A DNA stretch of 64,000 nucleotides from Nageia nagi. Its lineage: Eukaryota; Plantae; Pinophyta. Location: positions 211,668,001-211,732,000 of the forward strand of contig JBITNC010000001.1 of assembly GCA_050084985.1 (NCBI GenBank), read 5' to 3'. The position numbers were made by a program, and so were the translations under genes. Shown here in pieces: positions 26,101-38,800 of this stretch. Below the pieces are notes generated by a model. It was not told where the DNA came from and searched no databases. It worked only from the letters and a program-made list of their open reading frames with translations. The first letter of the stretch is position 1. Every line of letters begins with the position of its first letter.

Positions 26101-27100
26101 CTTTTTATCTTTGTGCTTGGTATGGATTGATTTAGAAGGGAAATATTCAGATCTGACTTCAGCTTTCTTTGAGCTGAGTTGGTACATTTCAAGGGCAGCA
26201 TTTGATAAGAGAAGATGGAAGACTGTTTGGGATACTTTGTCCACTTATGATCCTCATGGTTTCAGCCCCAGCATCCAGTTGTACAGCCGCTGCCCCAATG
26301 TCCCTACTTTGAGCTTTACACTCACTGAGTTTTATGAAAACTTTGCAATTAATGGTGTTTTGAAGATCAGTAACATTACCTCCATTTTGTACTTAATATG
26401 GACTGAGTGTTTGGTGATTTTGGGTACTAAATCCTTGCCTTTGAAGACAATGATCGTGGAGACAGTTAGGACTGAAATATTATCGTGGAGACAGTTAGGA
26501 ATGAAATGTTGTTGTTGTTGACAACATCTTGGACTGCATTCTGCATGACTGACAGAGCTACGTTTTGTGGCTGCACATGGAAAAGAAAGGTTGCTGATTT
26601 AAAAGCTGTTGTCACCCATCAGGGATTGCATTTCATGAGGCATGGGCTGCATGAACTACAGTATATTATGAGAACGATAGGGACTTTGATTGGCTTATTG
26701 TTGGCATATTAGGGATTGATTTGTTACCTGCTAGCACACAGTTGAAGATTCCATGGATGAGTTTCCTTGTATCATGTTGGGGTATTTTTGAAGAACCAAT
26801 GTTGGCAACTTTTTGACCACCATAGGAGCTGTTATCATGTATTCGTATGATGCATGGGGTACATTGAGGACTGATTTTGAGCCATCGCATGTTGATTTCA
26901 GACCTGAGTATCACACATTTGCTGATTTTTGGAGTGGAATGTTTGTTGCTGAATGGATATTCATTAGACCACATTCTTGCTTCACACGATAGAAGATCTG
27001 TGATGATTTTCCGCAAGTGGACAATAAAGAGCTGGAGATGATTGAGTGGTGTCAAAAGAAGGAGAAAGGAGAAGGTGTAGCCACGTTGGACATGGAGGGA
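23134..27100 (+). mobile_element. Element B: non-autonomous LTR element related to A, 3' LTR missing
   Basis: 5' LTR 23134-24424 and PBS tggtaatcagagc at 24427-24439. Interior blocks are homologous to element A (e.g. EEDKDCKEENAISDLGKSEIIVS). The 3' boundary is approximate. Confidence 0.8.
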
Positions 27101-28347
27101 CCATGGCATGATGTTAGAAAGAGATGAAATATATTTGAATTTTTGATGGTATATTCCACAACCTACCATAATTATAAAAGCATTCAACCATCTGGTCAAT
27201 CAGAACATTTAAAATAAAAGTCCAGTCCATAAGCTGATTCTTTTTTTCTCACAATGGATTGAGGTGTCCAAATGGGTCCTAGAAGCAAGTTATGACCCAA
27301 GAAGTTCTAATATGGAACTTTAGACATTAGGAGTCTATAAATAAAAACTACTAACTTGTGAGACTTTGAGAAGCCAATTTCTAATCTATATATTTGAGAG
27401 AAATGTCTTTACAGTAACACTAAAAAGGCAAACAGTACCATGAAAGATGCTTGAAGGAACAGAGATAGAAATTTTCTAAGCAATACATGACCTAATGGGT
27501 AAATTCTAGTAAGATGATTTGTGAGGATTTTATTGCAAATACTCAACCGGTCCTGAATGTGAAAAGGGTGGTGTAATTCAGGATTTTGTTGGTCCAAATT
27601 GTACAAAACTCTGGAATTTACTAGCTTGGGACAGAGTTGTCAAGAGTCAAGAGTGTGTGCATTTATGTTTTAAAGACTACATAAGTCATATCTGGAGATG
27701 GTTGTTGTGTACATTAATTACACATTAATGTATACCAAAATCGAACTAAAAGTTCCTGCAAAATTGAATGATTTTGTACTCTATGGTAAGCATGTCGACC
27801 ATGACACATATGAGTTGTTGTGATGTTCCCTTCTTGAAGCTGTTCCTTTTAAGGGGATTTTGTAGTTATGAGTATTTATTTATTAGTAGCATGTGTACTT
27901 AGGCAATATTATAACCTTGGATAGGAGACTTATAGGTCCCATGGACCAATTGTGAACCCCAAAGTGGGACGTCTCCCTCCTAGTGATAGATTAGGAGCAT
28001 TTAAGTGTAAAAGTATGGATCCCAAGGCACAACGCATGATTAGAAGGTGAGCGCATGATTTGGAGTGATCTCGCATGATGCGGGCGTCCAAGCATGAAGT
28101 TTCCTTGAGGGTTGTGTTGATGTCCAAACTTAAGGGAATCCTATTTATATGGTTAGCGCAGGAGTAGAAAGGCATCATTGAGCATATTTGACATCTTCTA
28201 TCATCAGAGTGGCAACACCATCTCTTGGGCCTCTCGTTGGACGAAAACCCAATTTGGAGAAGGGTTTAGTGGAATGTAGCCCTCACTAGATCTTGGCTAA
28301 GGATGACAACCCTTAGTCAGACCAGTCTTGCATTTGGAGAGTGACGT

Positions 28348-29580
28348 TGTGACGTCCCCCTTGTCCACCAGTCATTAGTTGTGGGGTTCGAAAGGATCTA
28401 CTTGTAATATACTCTTCTTATGTATTGTTTTTCATGTTTGTAACTTAGGATAGGAGACTTAATGGGTCAATGGACCCCATTGTGAGCCCCAAGTGGGACA
28501 TCTCCCTTCTAAGGATAGATTAGGAGTATTTTTCATGTTTGAAGATCCTTATAATGATTGTGGGAATCCCAAGGTCTATTTATGTGTTCGATGGTCACTT
28601 GTATGCTTGCGCCAGGCCTGGGGAGGGTCTCATACCCCCACGTTGGCCCAATTTGACTCCTAGATCCCATGTCTGCCCCCTTTCCCCCATGTGGGCATGC
28701 ATGGCAGCCCTTAGCTCATCTGTTGGCACTTAATGCACCCTTGGGTCCCACGTTGGCATGTATGGCCATTAGACACCCACAGTGGGCATTCCGGGCCATA
28801 AGGAGGCCAACGTTGGATAAGAGGAATTGGGTGATGATTCCTTGGTGGGGTCGTGATAGAGATTATGTATAAATAGACACTGGAGGTTCATTATTGGACA
28901 TACTTGATTATTATTACTCTTCTATAGTCCATCGGACATGAAGTTTTAGCGGTGCTAAGCAACCTATCTTAGGCGCTGCGTCTAGAGGTCATTCAGGTTG
29001 AGGGATCTTATTTGCCTACGGCACTGGTGTAGTACCTTTGCCCATCCGGTGGAATTTCGAGGATTTGCTTCTACCCTCAGTGGTTATCTAGAGTTCGAGG
29101 ACGGCTCCTTCGATGGAGAGGATTCTAGGTCTGAGGGAGCATTTCTGTCCCATGGTTATGTGGTTCTTCCAGTAATTGAGGAGATTCATCATTGTGCCTT
29201 GGTTGGCTCCAGAGAGGCCAACGACTACCTCTAGGGCTTGGTTTTGTATTTTATTGCTCCATATCATTTGTATACTGCCAAGGGAAATCAGATCTCATGC
29301 TTGTGTTACATTGTCTCATCTTGTGCATGCGTTGGATCATTGTTGTTATATATGCTTGTATCTACCATTCGTTGGCATTAGGATGCATTGTTAATTGAAT
29401 GCTGCATGTTATAGCTAGACGTTGGCATCTTAGTGTTTTGAATGTGTAATGCTAATACTCTAACACTAACGTTGCATTTTGGAGGGTTTGATTGCATGTT
29501 GTGGATGCCCTAGGCCTGATGTCAGGGCTTGTAGGTTGGAATTAAGCTTTTCTGATTGGAGGTCTATTTGGATCATCACA
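28348..29580 (+). mobile_element. Solo LTR (1233 bp) nested in the 5' LTR of element D
   Basis: Termini tgtgacg...catcaca; TSD gacgt/aacgt. Absent from D's 3' LTR; closest to the LTR of element B. Confidence 0.88.
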
Positions 29581-30025
29581 AACGTCAACATTGGAAGAGT
29601 GAATGTCCTAGATCTAGCCCATTGAGCTAAACATCATCCCTCTTGGGCCCATTTAGTTGTAGCTTGCTCTAACATTGTTCAATAATGAAACGTGGGCATT
29701 ATTTCTCCATTTTTGGCTTGTGCGTTGGATAATTTTGTAGTTTAATTTCTTGTTCTTTCTCATTTCTTGGATTAGTGCTTGTTTACTAATAATTTTGGAA
29801 TAAGAATAATTTGGGAACATCACAGTGGTATCAGAGCTATAATCTTGCCATTTTGTGGGAGAGATACCAAATGCAATGGATTGAGAAGGTTTACTTGCGC
29901 CAGAAGGTAAAAAATCTCCCATGGCACCTCAAAGTAGATCCAAGGATGAGGCAGGGAGGCAACGTGAAGATGTACCTTGACAAAGTCAGATGAATGAGTC
30001 GGAGCATGTGTAAGAAGAAGAGGAG

Positions 30026-31990
30026 GTGCATGAGAAGAGGGAGATCCCATCAAAGGATCCGATCGAACAAAAATTTGATGCCCTACTAAGCATGATGAAG
30101 AATATTGTGGAGCAAATGCAACAACAAAATGAGCGCGCGACTAGGAGGGAAGCTCAAGAGAGGGACGTTGGGCTTAGAGGAAGCCCTAGAATGCCCAATA
30201 CTTTAAGATCTACTTCTACTTTTGAGAGGGAGCCAGGAGGAGGAGAACCATACTTGCATAGGTCTCACGAGAAAGAACCGAGAGAAGAAGAAGCAACACA
30301 ACATGGATCTAGAGGCCTAGGGTTTGACCAAGGAAGCCTAGGGTCGGATCAAGGAGGTTTAGGGTTTGATTGGGGATAATCTTTGTTTCAGAGATCTAGA
30401 TTTGGCAGAATGGTGGATGATGGGGAATACTCACTGTTTAGTTCAAAATCTACTAGAGATCACTTGTCAGAGAGTCGATGGTGGGGAGATTCTTCGAGAG
30501 GAATGTGCCAAAGATGGTTGCGACACCTCCACCACTACCATGTCTCAGTAAGCCTATGTTTCTACCAAGATAGGAGAGTAATACGAGCTTGATATCTTCG
30601 CTTGAACACAATTAGTTATATCGAGAGTACTCTCTAAATACATTGGAGTTGAAGAGTGATGTCACCTTCTCCATGTATTTGGAATTTTTGGGCAAGAGGG
30701 CCAATGGGAGTTATTCTCATGGTGGATCATGGGAGGATAGGAGAGATATGGAACAACGGTTGAGTAGAATGCAGGTTCCCTTGTTCGATGGAAGCAACAA
30801 GATGATTGTAAGGGAATGGTTATAGAAGTTACAACATTACGTCATGCTTCGTCCCATGATGGAGGAGGATGCCATATGATTTGCCACCCTACACTTGGAT
30901 GGCCTAGCGTATGACTGGTGGCAGCATGACATGACTACACAGGGGCATGGAGCTATTGCTTCTTTTGATGTGTTCAGTAGACGGATGATAGATCAATTTG
31001 AAAGGAAGGACGAGGACGTTTATTTCAAGGACCTGATGGTGGTAAAGCAAAGGAGGTCCATGGAGGAATATGTAGCAAAATTTCAGCGGATTGCTGTGAT
31101 GGTTCCTAACATTTTAGAGAAGAGGTTTACCTTCCTATTCATGGAGGGCTTGGCGGAACCCTTGAGGGGCTTGGTAAAGGCTTTCTCCCCAACAAAGCTT
31201 TCATATGCCATCAAGAGGGCATTGGACTTGGAGCCTGGCATGATGAGGATCAAACCTGCCATTCCAACCAGAATGGGGACATCTGGAAAAGGGAAGTTGG
31301 AGATGGGACCTCCAACCATCAAAAGGAGTCAGCCGCTGGAAGAGTGCAAAAGAAATCAGGGGACTAGGGTTGAGTCGAGTAAGAGGAACCTGTGCTTCAG
31401 TTGCAAGCAACCTTGGGAGCGTGGCCATAGATGCTTGGGCAAAGGACAAGTCTATTACGTTGAAGTGCTTTCATAGGATGATGATTCAGATTTGGAGTTA
31501 GATTTGGGAGGATTGGACTTGAAGCAGGAACACCTTACTCCTGATAGTAAGGATGCCATAGGAGGGATGATTGCATCACTTTGTGGAGTACCCAAATACT
31601 TCACGCTTAAGGTAAAGGGAATGGCTGCCAATCAAGTGGTGATGGTGTTGATAGATCCGAAGCTATGCATAACTTCATTGATGAAGAATTTGTGCGGAAG
31701 AAAGGGCTCAAGAACAAGGAGTTTGAAGGATTCGGTGTCACCAATGCCAATGGAAAACTCACGTTGTTTGACAAGATAGTGGAGAAGTTTGGAGTGAGGG
31801 TCTAGGACTATGTGGCTAGGGAGGACTCTTACGTCTTCCCTTTGGATGGCATTCCACACTTGGTTTTGGGAGTGCAGTTGTTGTACAATTTGGGAGACAT
31901 CCGCTTAAATTATCAGAAGTTGGTAATGAAATTTGGGGTAGATGGGAAGGAGTACACACTACAAGGCATCAAGGATTATTTTCTTCAGGC
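30026..31990 (+). pseudogene. Gypsy gag + aspartic protease of element D (degenerate)
   Basis: Gag core LDGLAYDWWQ...KQRRSMEEYVAKFQ, zinc knuckle CFSCKQPWERGHRC, and frameshifted protease VLID...HNFID...LVLGVQLL. Confidence 0.85.
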
Positions 31991-33621
31991 TTCATCTAGT
32001 TGGTTGGAGAGGATAAGTGTAGGCCAACCATTTGATTGGAAGGACTTCACAACAACCACGAAGGACACCCTTAAAGAGTTTTGTGAGGATTTGAAGTTAT
32101 TTCCAACATCTAGAGGAGGATGTCTTGAGTTGGAGTGTAGCTTAATGAGCCTGGAATAGCCAATCCCTTCCTTGGCACGTTTCGTCCACCCTTTTGTGCA
32201 CTTAGATGTTGTAGGAGATGATCATGAAGGTCTTGGTGTAAGGTATGATTTGCATGGTATTCTTGCTTTGTTGATTTCTGATTGTATATTGAGTTTTGTA
32301 CACAGTGAAGCTTGGAGAAAGGTTGGTGGCATTGAGGAGATGGTAGCACTCTCAATGGCTACTTTTGATGGACTAGTTTATGCATGCTTGGACATTGAGG
32401 TTCCTACTCCATTTGATGATGTTGTTGACAGAAATATGCATTTGTGGGAGATTGCATTGAAGGATGTTGAGACTCTTGTTCATTTAATGGAGGCTCCATT
32501 GAAAGATGTAGAGACTACTGTTGATACATTCGTTGACATTTCTCCTCATGAGGATGGGCTTGGCACTAGTATACATGCGTGGAGGATTGCATTGATGACT
32601 AGAGGTATGAGCAATGTTTGGACGTCATTTGATGAGGATAGTGAGGACGATGTTCATGTTTCAAGGATTGCACATAGTCTGCCAGTTGCTACAAAAAGGG
32701 CATTAATGATCTTCTTTAAGATTATTTGGAAGAACTCTCATCCCAGGATTGAAGGCGTCAAGGATGGGGCAGATTTATTGGTTGCCTTGAGTGATATCAT
32801 GGCTGCACTTGGTTTAGTCTTGGCTTTTGTTGAAGAAGGGATTGTTTTGGGACTCATTGGTAGAGCTTTGAAAGCTATCTTCCGTTCCTCATGGGCTGCA
32901 CTAGAGGGGAGAAAGACATCAATATAGTATGGTGAAAAGGGAGGCATTGCGTGGGCTTCTAGGAGCATTGAGACTCCTTGCATTGTTGTAGAGGATAAGT
33001 GAAGAACCAACGTGGGCAATCTTCTTGCCAAACGTTGACACATGTTGGAGGCTTGTGTGTAATTAAGTAATTGATATGGAGAAAGGAAGGAAGGCTGGTA
33101 CATCACTTGCTTTCTCAGTTTGTGATCATTTTTGCATGAAAGCTAAGCATGGGAGACACGAGTTAATAGATTTCATATATGCTTATATGAAAGCTAGACA
33201 TGAGTTAGTAAATTTTATATATGCTTATTTGCAAGACATGAAGGATGAAGTTGATATGACAAAGATGGTACTTCAGAAATCATTTACAACATGTATGAAT
33301 CTTGATATTGCCAATCATATGAAGGATAAATTGAAGACAAAACTTCACCACTTTGAAGAATTTATGGCACGCAATAACCTTGTATTGCTTGGGGTCATGC
33401 AAATCGAGAAGGGAGGACTGTGATGTTCCCTTCTTGAAGTCGATCCTTTTAAGGGTGATTTTGTAGTTAGGATTATTTATTTATTAGTTGCATGTGTACT
33501 TAGGCATTATTGTAACCTAGAATAAGAGACTTATGGGTCCCATGGACCAATTGTGAGCCCCAAAGTGGGATGTCTCCCTCCTAGTGATATATTAGGAGCA
33601 TTTATGTGTAAAGTACAGATT

Positions 33622-34085
33622 CCAAGGCAAAACACATGATTTGAAGGTGAGCGCATGATTTGGAGTGATCCCTAGGCATGATGCGGACGCCCAAGCATGA
33701 CGTCTCCTTGAAGGGTGTGTGGATGCCCAAACTTGAAGGAATCCTATTTTTATGGTTGGCGCAAGAGTAGGAAGGCATCATTGAGCATATTTGACATCTT
33801 CTGTGATTGGATCGACAACGCCATCTCTTGTGCCTCTCGTTGGACGGAAACCCAAGGCAAAACACATGATTTGAAGGTGAGCACATGATTTGGAGTGATC
33901 CCTAGGCATGATGCGGACGCCCAAGCATGACGTCTACTTGAAGGGTGTGTGGATGCCCAAACTTGAAGGAATCCTATTTTTATGGTTGGCGCACGAGTAG
34001 GAAGGCATCATTGAGCATATTTGACATCTTCTATGATTGGATTGACAACGCCATCTCTTGTGCCTCTCGTTGGAGGGAAACCCAA
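33622..34085 (+). repeat. 230-bp tandem duplication in the 3' LTR of element D
   Basis: Units start ccaaggcaaaacacatg at 33622 and 33852 and are nearly identical; single copy in the 5' LTR. Confidence 0.9.
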
Positions 34086-34997
34086 TGTGGAGAAGGGTTT
34101 AGTGGGACTTAGCCCTCACCAGATCTTGGCTAAGGACGAAAACCCTTAGTTAGACCACTCTTGCAGCTTAGATTCGGGTGTTGAAGGCCCTAGCAGTGTG
34201 ACACCAACATTTGGAAAGTGTATGCCCTACATCTGGTCCATTGAGCCATACATCACCCCTCTTGGGCCTATTCGGTTGCATCTTGCTCCATCATTGTTCA
34301 ATATTGAGATGTTGGCATTATTTCTCCATTTTGGCTTGTGTGTTGGATAATTTTGTGGTGTAATTTCTTATTTTTACTCATTTCCTGGATTATTGTTTGT
34401 TTACTAATAATTTTGGAATAAAAATAATTGAAGAACATCACAGTTGTACTTTGTTAAATGTGAAAGGAATCTGAAAGAAGAGTCCAATTGTGGAGTTTTA
34501 AATCATTTATTTAAAGTTTAAACTTATAAAACTTAATTTGGGCTGTATAAAATAAACATTAAAATTTTTAATTGTTTCACAAGAAAATAAATGCACGTAA
34601 CTTATTCTACTGCAGAAGTTACAAATCTACGTATTTTGATATTCCAAAATCTCACATATTTCTTTCTATCTCTTACCTTTTTGAGAATGCGCTGTGTGTT
34701 TATTTCTTTTGTACTCTCAGGCGTAAGATTCAATAATTCTGAGTTCCATGTACCGTAATCATTGGCAGATATTAAAATAATTTCTTCATTTCTTTCTTGA
34801 AATTGATTCTGTACTGAAGTATTATGTCATAAAATATCATATATTTATTCCATAAATCTAGACATAACTATTGAGTGCTTTCAGAACCTGAGAAAAAGAG
34901 TTCTGGATTTGAAATGTCTCTTTCCAGATTTCATTTATAATTGTATACAAATGTTTTTCAATACTTGATTTGATTGAATATGCCATGTTAATTGCAG

Positions 34998-35089
34998 ACC
35001 TTACAACGGTATCAAACAGGATTGAGCAAAACTGGGTTTATATTAACACTTTTAGAAATGCTGAATTATCGTCTGATTCCACTATACAG
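34998..35089 (+). CDS. MED23: MED23 internal exon (TLQRYQTGLSKTGFILTLLEMLNYRLIPLY-R)
   Basis: Boundaries ttgcag| and AG|gtgaca. The 92 nt run phase 0 to phase 2 and exactly bridge the neighbouring exons. Contains the MED23 motif LEILNYRLLPLYR. Confidence 0.9.
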
Positions 35090-35865
35090 GTGACATCTAC
35101 AAACCTATTTGTATCCCTAAGTCAAAATAAAAATAAGAATTTGAATTTCAGTTTTCATTTATTTTAAAGCTTAGTCCTAAAGTGGTTTGATGGACAAGTC
35201 ACATGATGGCCTATAGGGGCGAATAAATGGCACCCTTGGTATTTTGGTAGCCTGATGAATGAAGTGGTTGCTAGCTGACCTTTTTTGTGAGTGAAAAGTT
35301 TACAGCTTATTGTATTTATGGTGGTACTTCCCATATAACAGTTAATAAATCAAAAGCATGCGTTGAATTATGTCTAACAATGCTAAGGTAATGCAATTTT
35401 CTTCTATATGGTGTTTAGGTTACATCCTAGTCAATGCGTATAGGCATATTAAACTTCCTTATAATAAGAAGGAAAGTTTTCACTTTGAACTTGAAAATAT
35501 TAGTTGAAATTTGTAGCTCCGCAGTTTCCATCCTTTCAACTGAGGTGATAGTAAACAAATCCTTTGCCAATTTGTCTAAGCTCAAGGTAAGAGTGATACT
35601 GCCTTGGCCCTTTCAGAAAGCAAAATCTGGGAGAAAAAGAACTGTTTTTTTTTTTGGTTTATGCAACAGTAATCAACTTTTTCATTTCTATGTCTTGCAA
35701 GATGGAATTATTAAAATGTTTTGATAGTGTACCTATCTAATATAAAATAAAGATATTATAACCAAAAATGTAACATTTACCAAAATTGCCAAAATAAAAA
35801 CATTTTTAATTCAAAATAAAATGTTTTTTATATGTCCCATTTCCATAAGTCTCCAATCAAAGCTG

Positions 35866-38800
35866 TGTGATGAGCCTAGCTAGGGCTTAGCTCGAAATGT
35901 TCAAATTATCTTAATTCCAATCATGCATTAATTCCAATTAGAACATGCTTATCACTCCAATTAACTTAATTAAATCAGATCAAATAAATATTAAAATATG
36001 CATGAAAAATACAACTTAAGTGCTAATCAAACCAACACATCACCAAGAGAAATAATATCAAACAAATGAGCCAAAATGATGCTCTAGGAGGGAGGCAACC
36101 TTCGTAAGGCTAAAAAAACAAGAGATCCAACCATGCACATAGGTTAAAAATTAGAATAAATGCCAAATGATGTATTGAGCCAAGAAACACAAGAATAATC
36201 ACCCAATGGGCAAGTATGATGCTCTAGAAGTGTGACGTCTGACTAGGGATGGAGAAGGTGATTGTTCTAGAGCTCATGATAATCTTGAAATGGCTCCAAA
36301 GTTGAGACGAACTCTTGGAAGGCTGAAGATGTGATGCAAGCACCAAGATGGCCTTCTATGGCTGGATGTCCAAGTGTGTGGCTCTCCAATGGAACTTTTG
36401 AATGCTGAAATTCTCTCTAAATGTGCAACTCTCCTAGGATGCTCTCTCAAACCTTTGGGTGAAGCTCTAGGGCTTCTTATGATGTGCTAAGGCAACCAGG
36501 GCTTCTAGATCTCACAACATGAAATATTCCGAACTAGGGCTGATCTAGAATCTTGCCAAAGGAGCTCACACTTGTGCATGGATAAACACCTATTTGCCCA
36601 ACGGTGGATTTGGGAGCACTTGTACACATGCGCTAGCCTTGCGGAGACTCCTAGATTCCCACGCTGGCCCATTATGACCTCCTTGCACCCACGCATGAGT
36701 CCTAGACCCACGTGGCACATTGGACTCCCACGTTGGCTTGCGTGTCACCTTAAACACCCACATTGGCATGCGTGGCACCCTGGACTCACACGTTGAGCAT
36801 TAATGACCCCTAGCTACCCACGTTGGGCACGCTTGACCCCTAGTTGGAGATCCCGAGCCTCCTAAAGGCCATCGTTGAGATTGGAGAGGTTGGGGATGAC
36901 TTCTAGATGAGATCTAGATCCAATGATGAGTCATATAAGGCTAAGGAGCCTAATTGTAGAGATAGACTTGATTTAATACAGAAACCCTTCTCTTCGGAGT
37001 TCCAAAGACTTGGTGGTGTCAAGCACTGTAAGGATCCAAACAAAGTGCAAATTAGCAAGTTTCAAACAATATACCCTGACGTCAGGCCTAATGCATCAAA
37101 CACAAGAATACAAACCCTCAAAATGGCAACGTTAGGGTTAGGGCATCCACTTCAAGCTACCACAATGCAATTATGCGAATGTCGAAGCTAGGGCATCAAT
37201 ATTAAACATGCACAACACCAAGATGCCTCCCCAAGGCTGGCGCATGCATGTAAGTATCCATCTAGTCATCCTAGTGTAATAATAGACCTTGGAATTCCCA
37301 CAATCATGGTCGAGATCTCCAAGTGCAATAATGACACCTAATCTAAGCTTGGGAGGGAGACGTCCCACTTGGAGCTCACAAGGGGGTCCATTGACCGAAT
37401 AAGTCTTCTATCCCAAGTTACAAACATGAAAGTACAATGCTATAATAAAATATATTACAAGAGGAACCTAACGGACCTCACAATTAATTACAACTAGGCA
37501 AGGGGGTCGTCACAAAACCTCCCCTCTCAAGATTGCTTGCCCTTAAGCAATTCAACGCTGGATGTGCAAGTATTTCGACTCCTTCCCATTTAGAGTCCTC
37601 ATCTAGCAAGTCCATCCATTTAATCAAATACTCTTGGATCTGTCTAGACCACAACTTCTTGATTCTGGTCTCAAGCACTCTCTTAGGAACCAAAATCAGC
37701 TATCCCTCATCATCAAGTGGAGGTAGGATGGTGGATGAAACGTCCTGCTTCCCCACGGCCTTCTTCAGAAGTGAGATATGGAAGGTGTTGTGGATCTTGC
37801 TCTCTTAGGGCAACTCCAACTCGTATGCAACCTCTCCTACCTTGCCTAGGATCTTGTATAGACCGAAGAACCTAGGTTGTAGTTTCTTTGTCTTTCTTTT
37901 CTTGAGGGATGATTTCTGGTATGGCTGCAATCATAAATACATCATGTCTCCCACTTCGAAAACCCTCTTTGTCTGGGTTTGATCATAGTACTTCTTTTCC
38001 GATTCTGAGCCATTTGCAGGTTCTTCTTCAATGCGCTCATGATGTCTTAATACTTCTGCAAGAAATAGTTAGCCTTGGGAGCCGTACCTTCATCAAAAAT
38101 AATGTTCGTAAAGTTAGGAGGATCATAACCATACAAAGCGTTGAAAGGGGACATCTTGATGGACATGTGGAAAGTGGAGTTATAGCAATACCCCCCAATG
38201 TGGAGCCACTTACGCATGATTGCTGCTGCCTTGTCACATAATGCCTCAAATACCTTTCCACCCACTTGTTGATGATATCTGTCTGCCCATCTGTCTGGCG
38301 GTGGTAACTAGTGCTAGGGGTGAGATTAGTTCCGCTCAATCGGAATAGTTTATGCCAAAACAAGCTCATGAACTTGCTGTCCCAATCACTCACAATCCTC
38401 CTAGGTAACCCATGCAACCTGAAGATCTCTCCGAAGAATAAATCAGCCACCTGCGCAACAGTGTATGTAATAGTGATGGCAAACAAATGGGCAAATTTGG
38501 TAAGTCTATCCACTACCACAAAGATGCTATCTTTTCCTTGTGCCTTTGGGAGGCCGGTGATGAAATCCATAGATATGTTTTCCCACTTTTGTTGAGGAAT
38601 AGGCAATGGTTAGAGCAGCCCTACCAGCTTCACATGCACCTCCTTGTTTTCTTGACACTGCACACACTCCTGGACATTTTTCAAAACGTCTTGCTTCAGC
38701 CCCTTCCATGTAAACCTTTCCCTTATAGCTTGGTATTTTTTGTGCTACCTGGATGTCCTGCAAGAGTGGTGTTATGCAACGCATGGAGTACCTTCTTCTT

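Larger units (their letters stand above)
27819..34442 (+). mobile_element. Element D: complete non-autonomous Gypsy element (gag + protease only, TR-GAG-like)
   Basis: Perfect TSD gttgt. 5' LTR 27819-29824 (interrupted), PBS tggtatcagagc at 29826-29837, PPT at 33406-33418, 3' LTR 33419-34442. Confidence 0.92.

Noticed and set aside
29826-29837. tRNA-Met-like sequence
   Set aside because: It is only a 12-nt primer-binding site; no tRNA or rRNA gene was seen in the window.
34970-35167. ORF-track protein MIEYAML... over the MED23 exon
   Set aside because: Wrong frame; the real exon is 34998-35089 in another frame.
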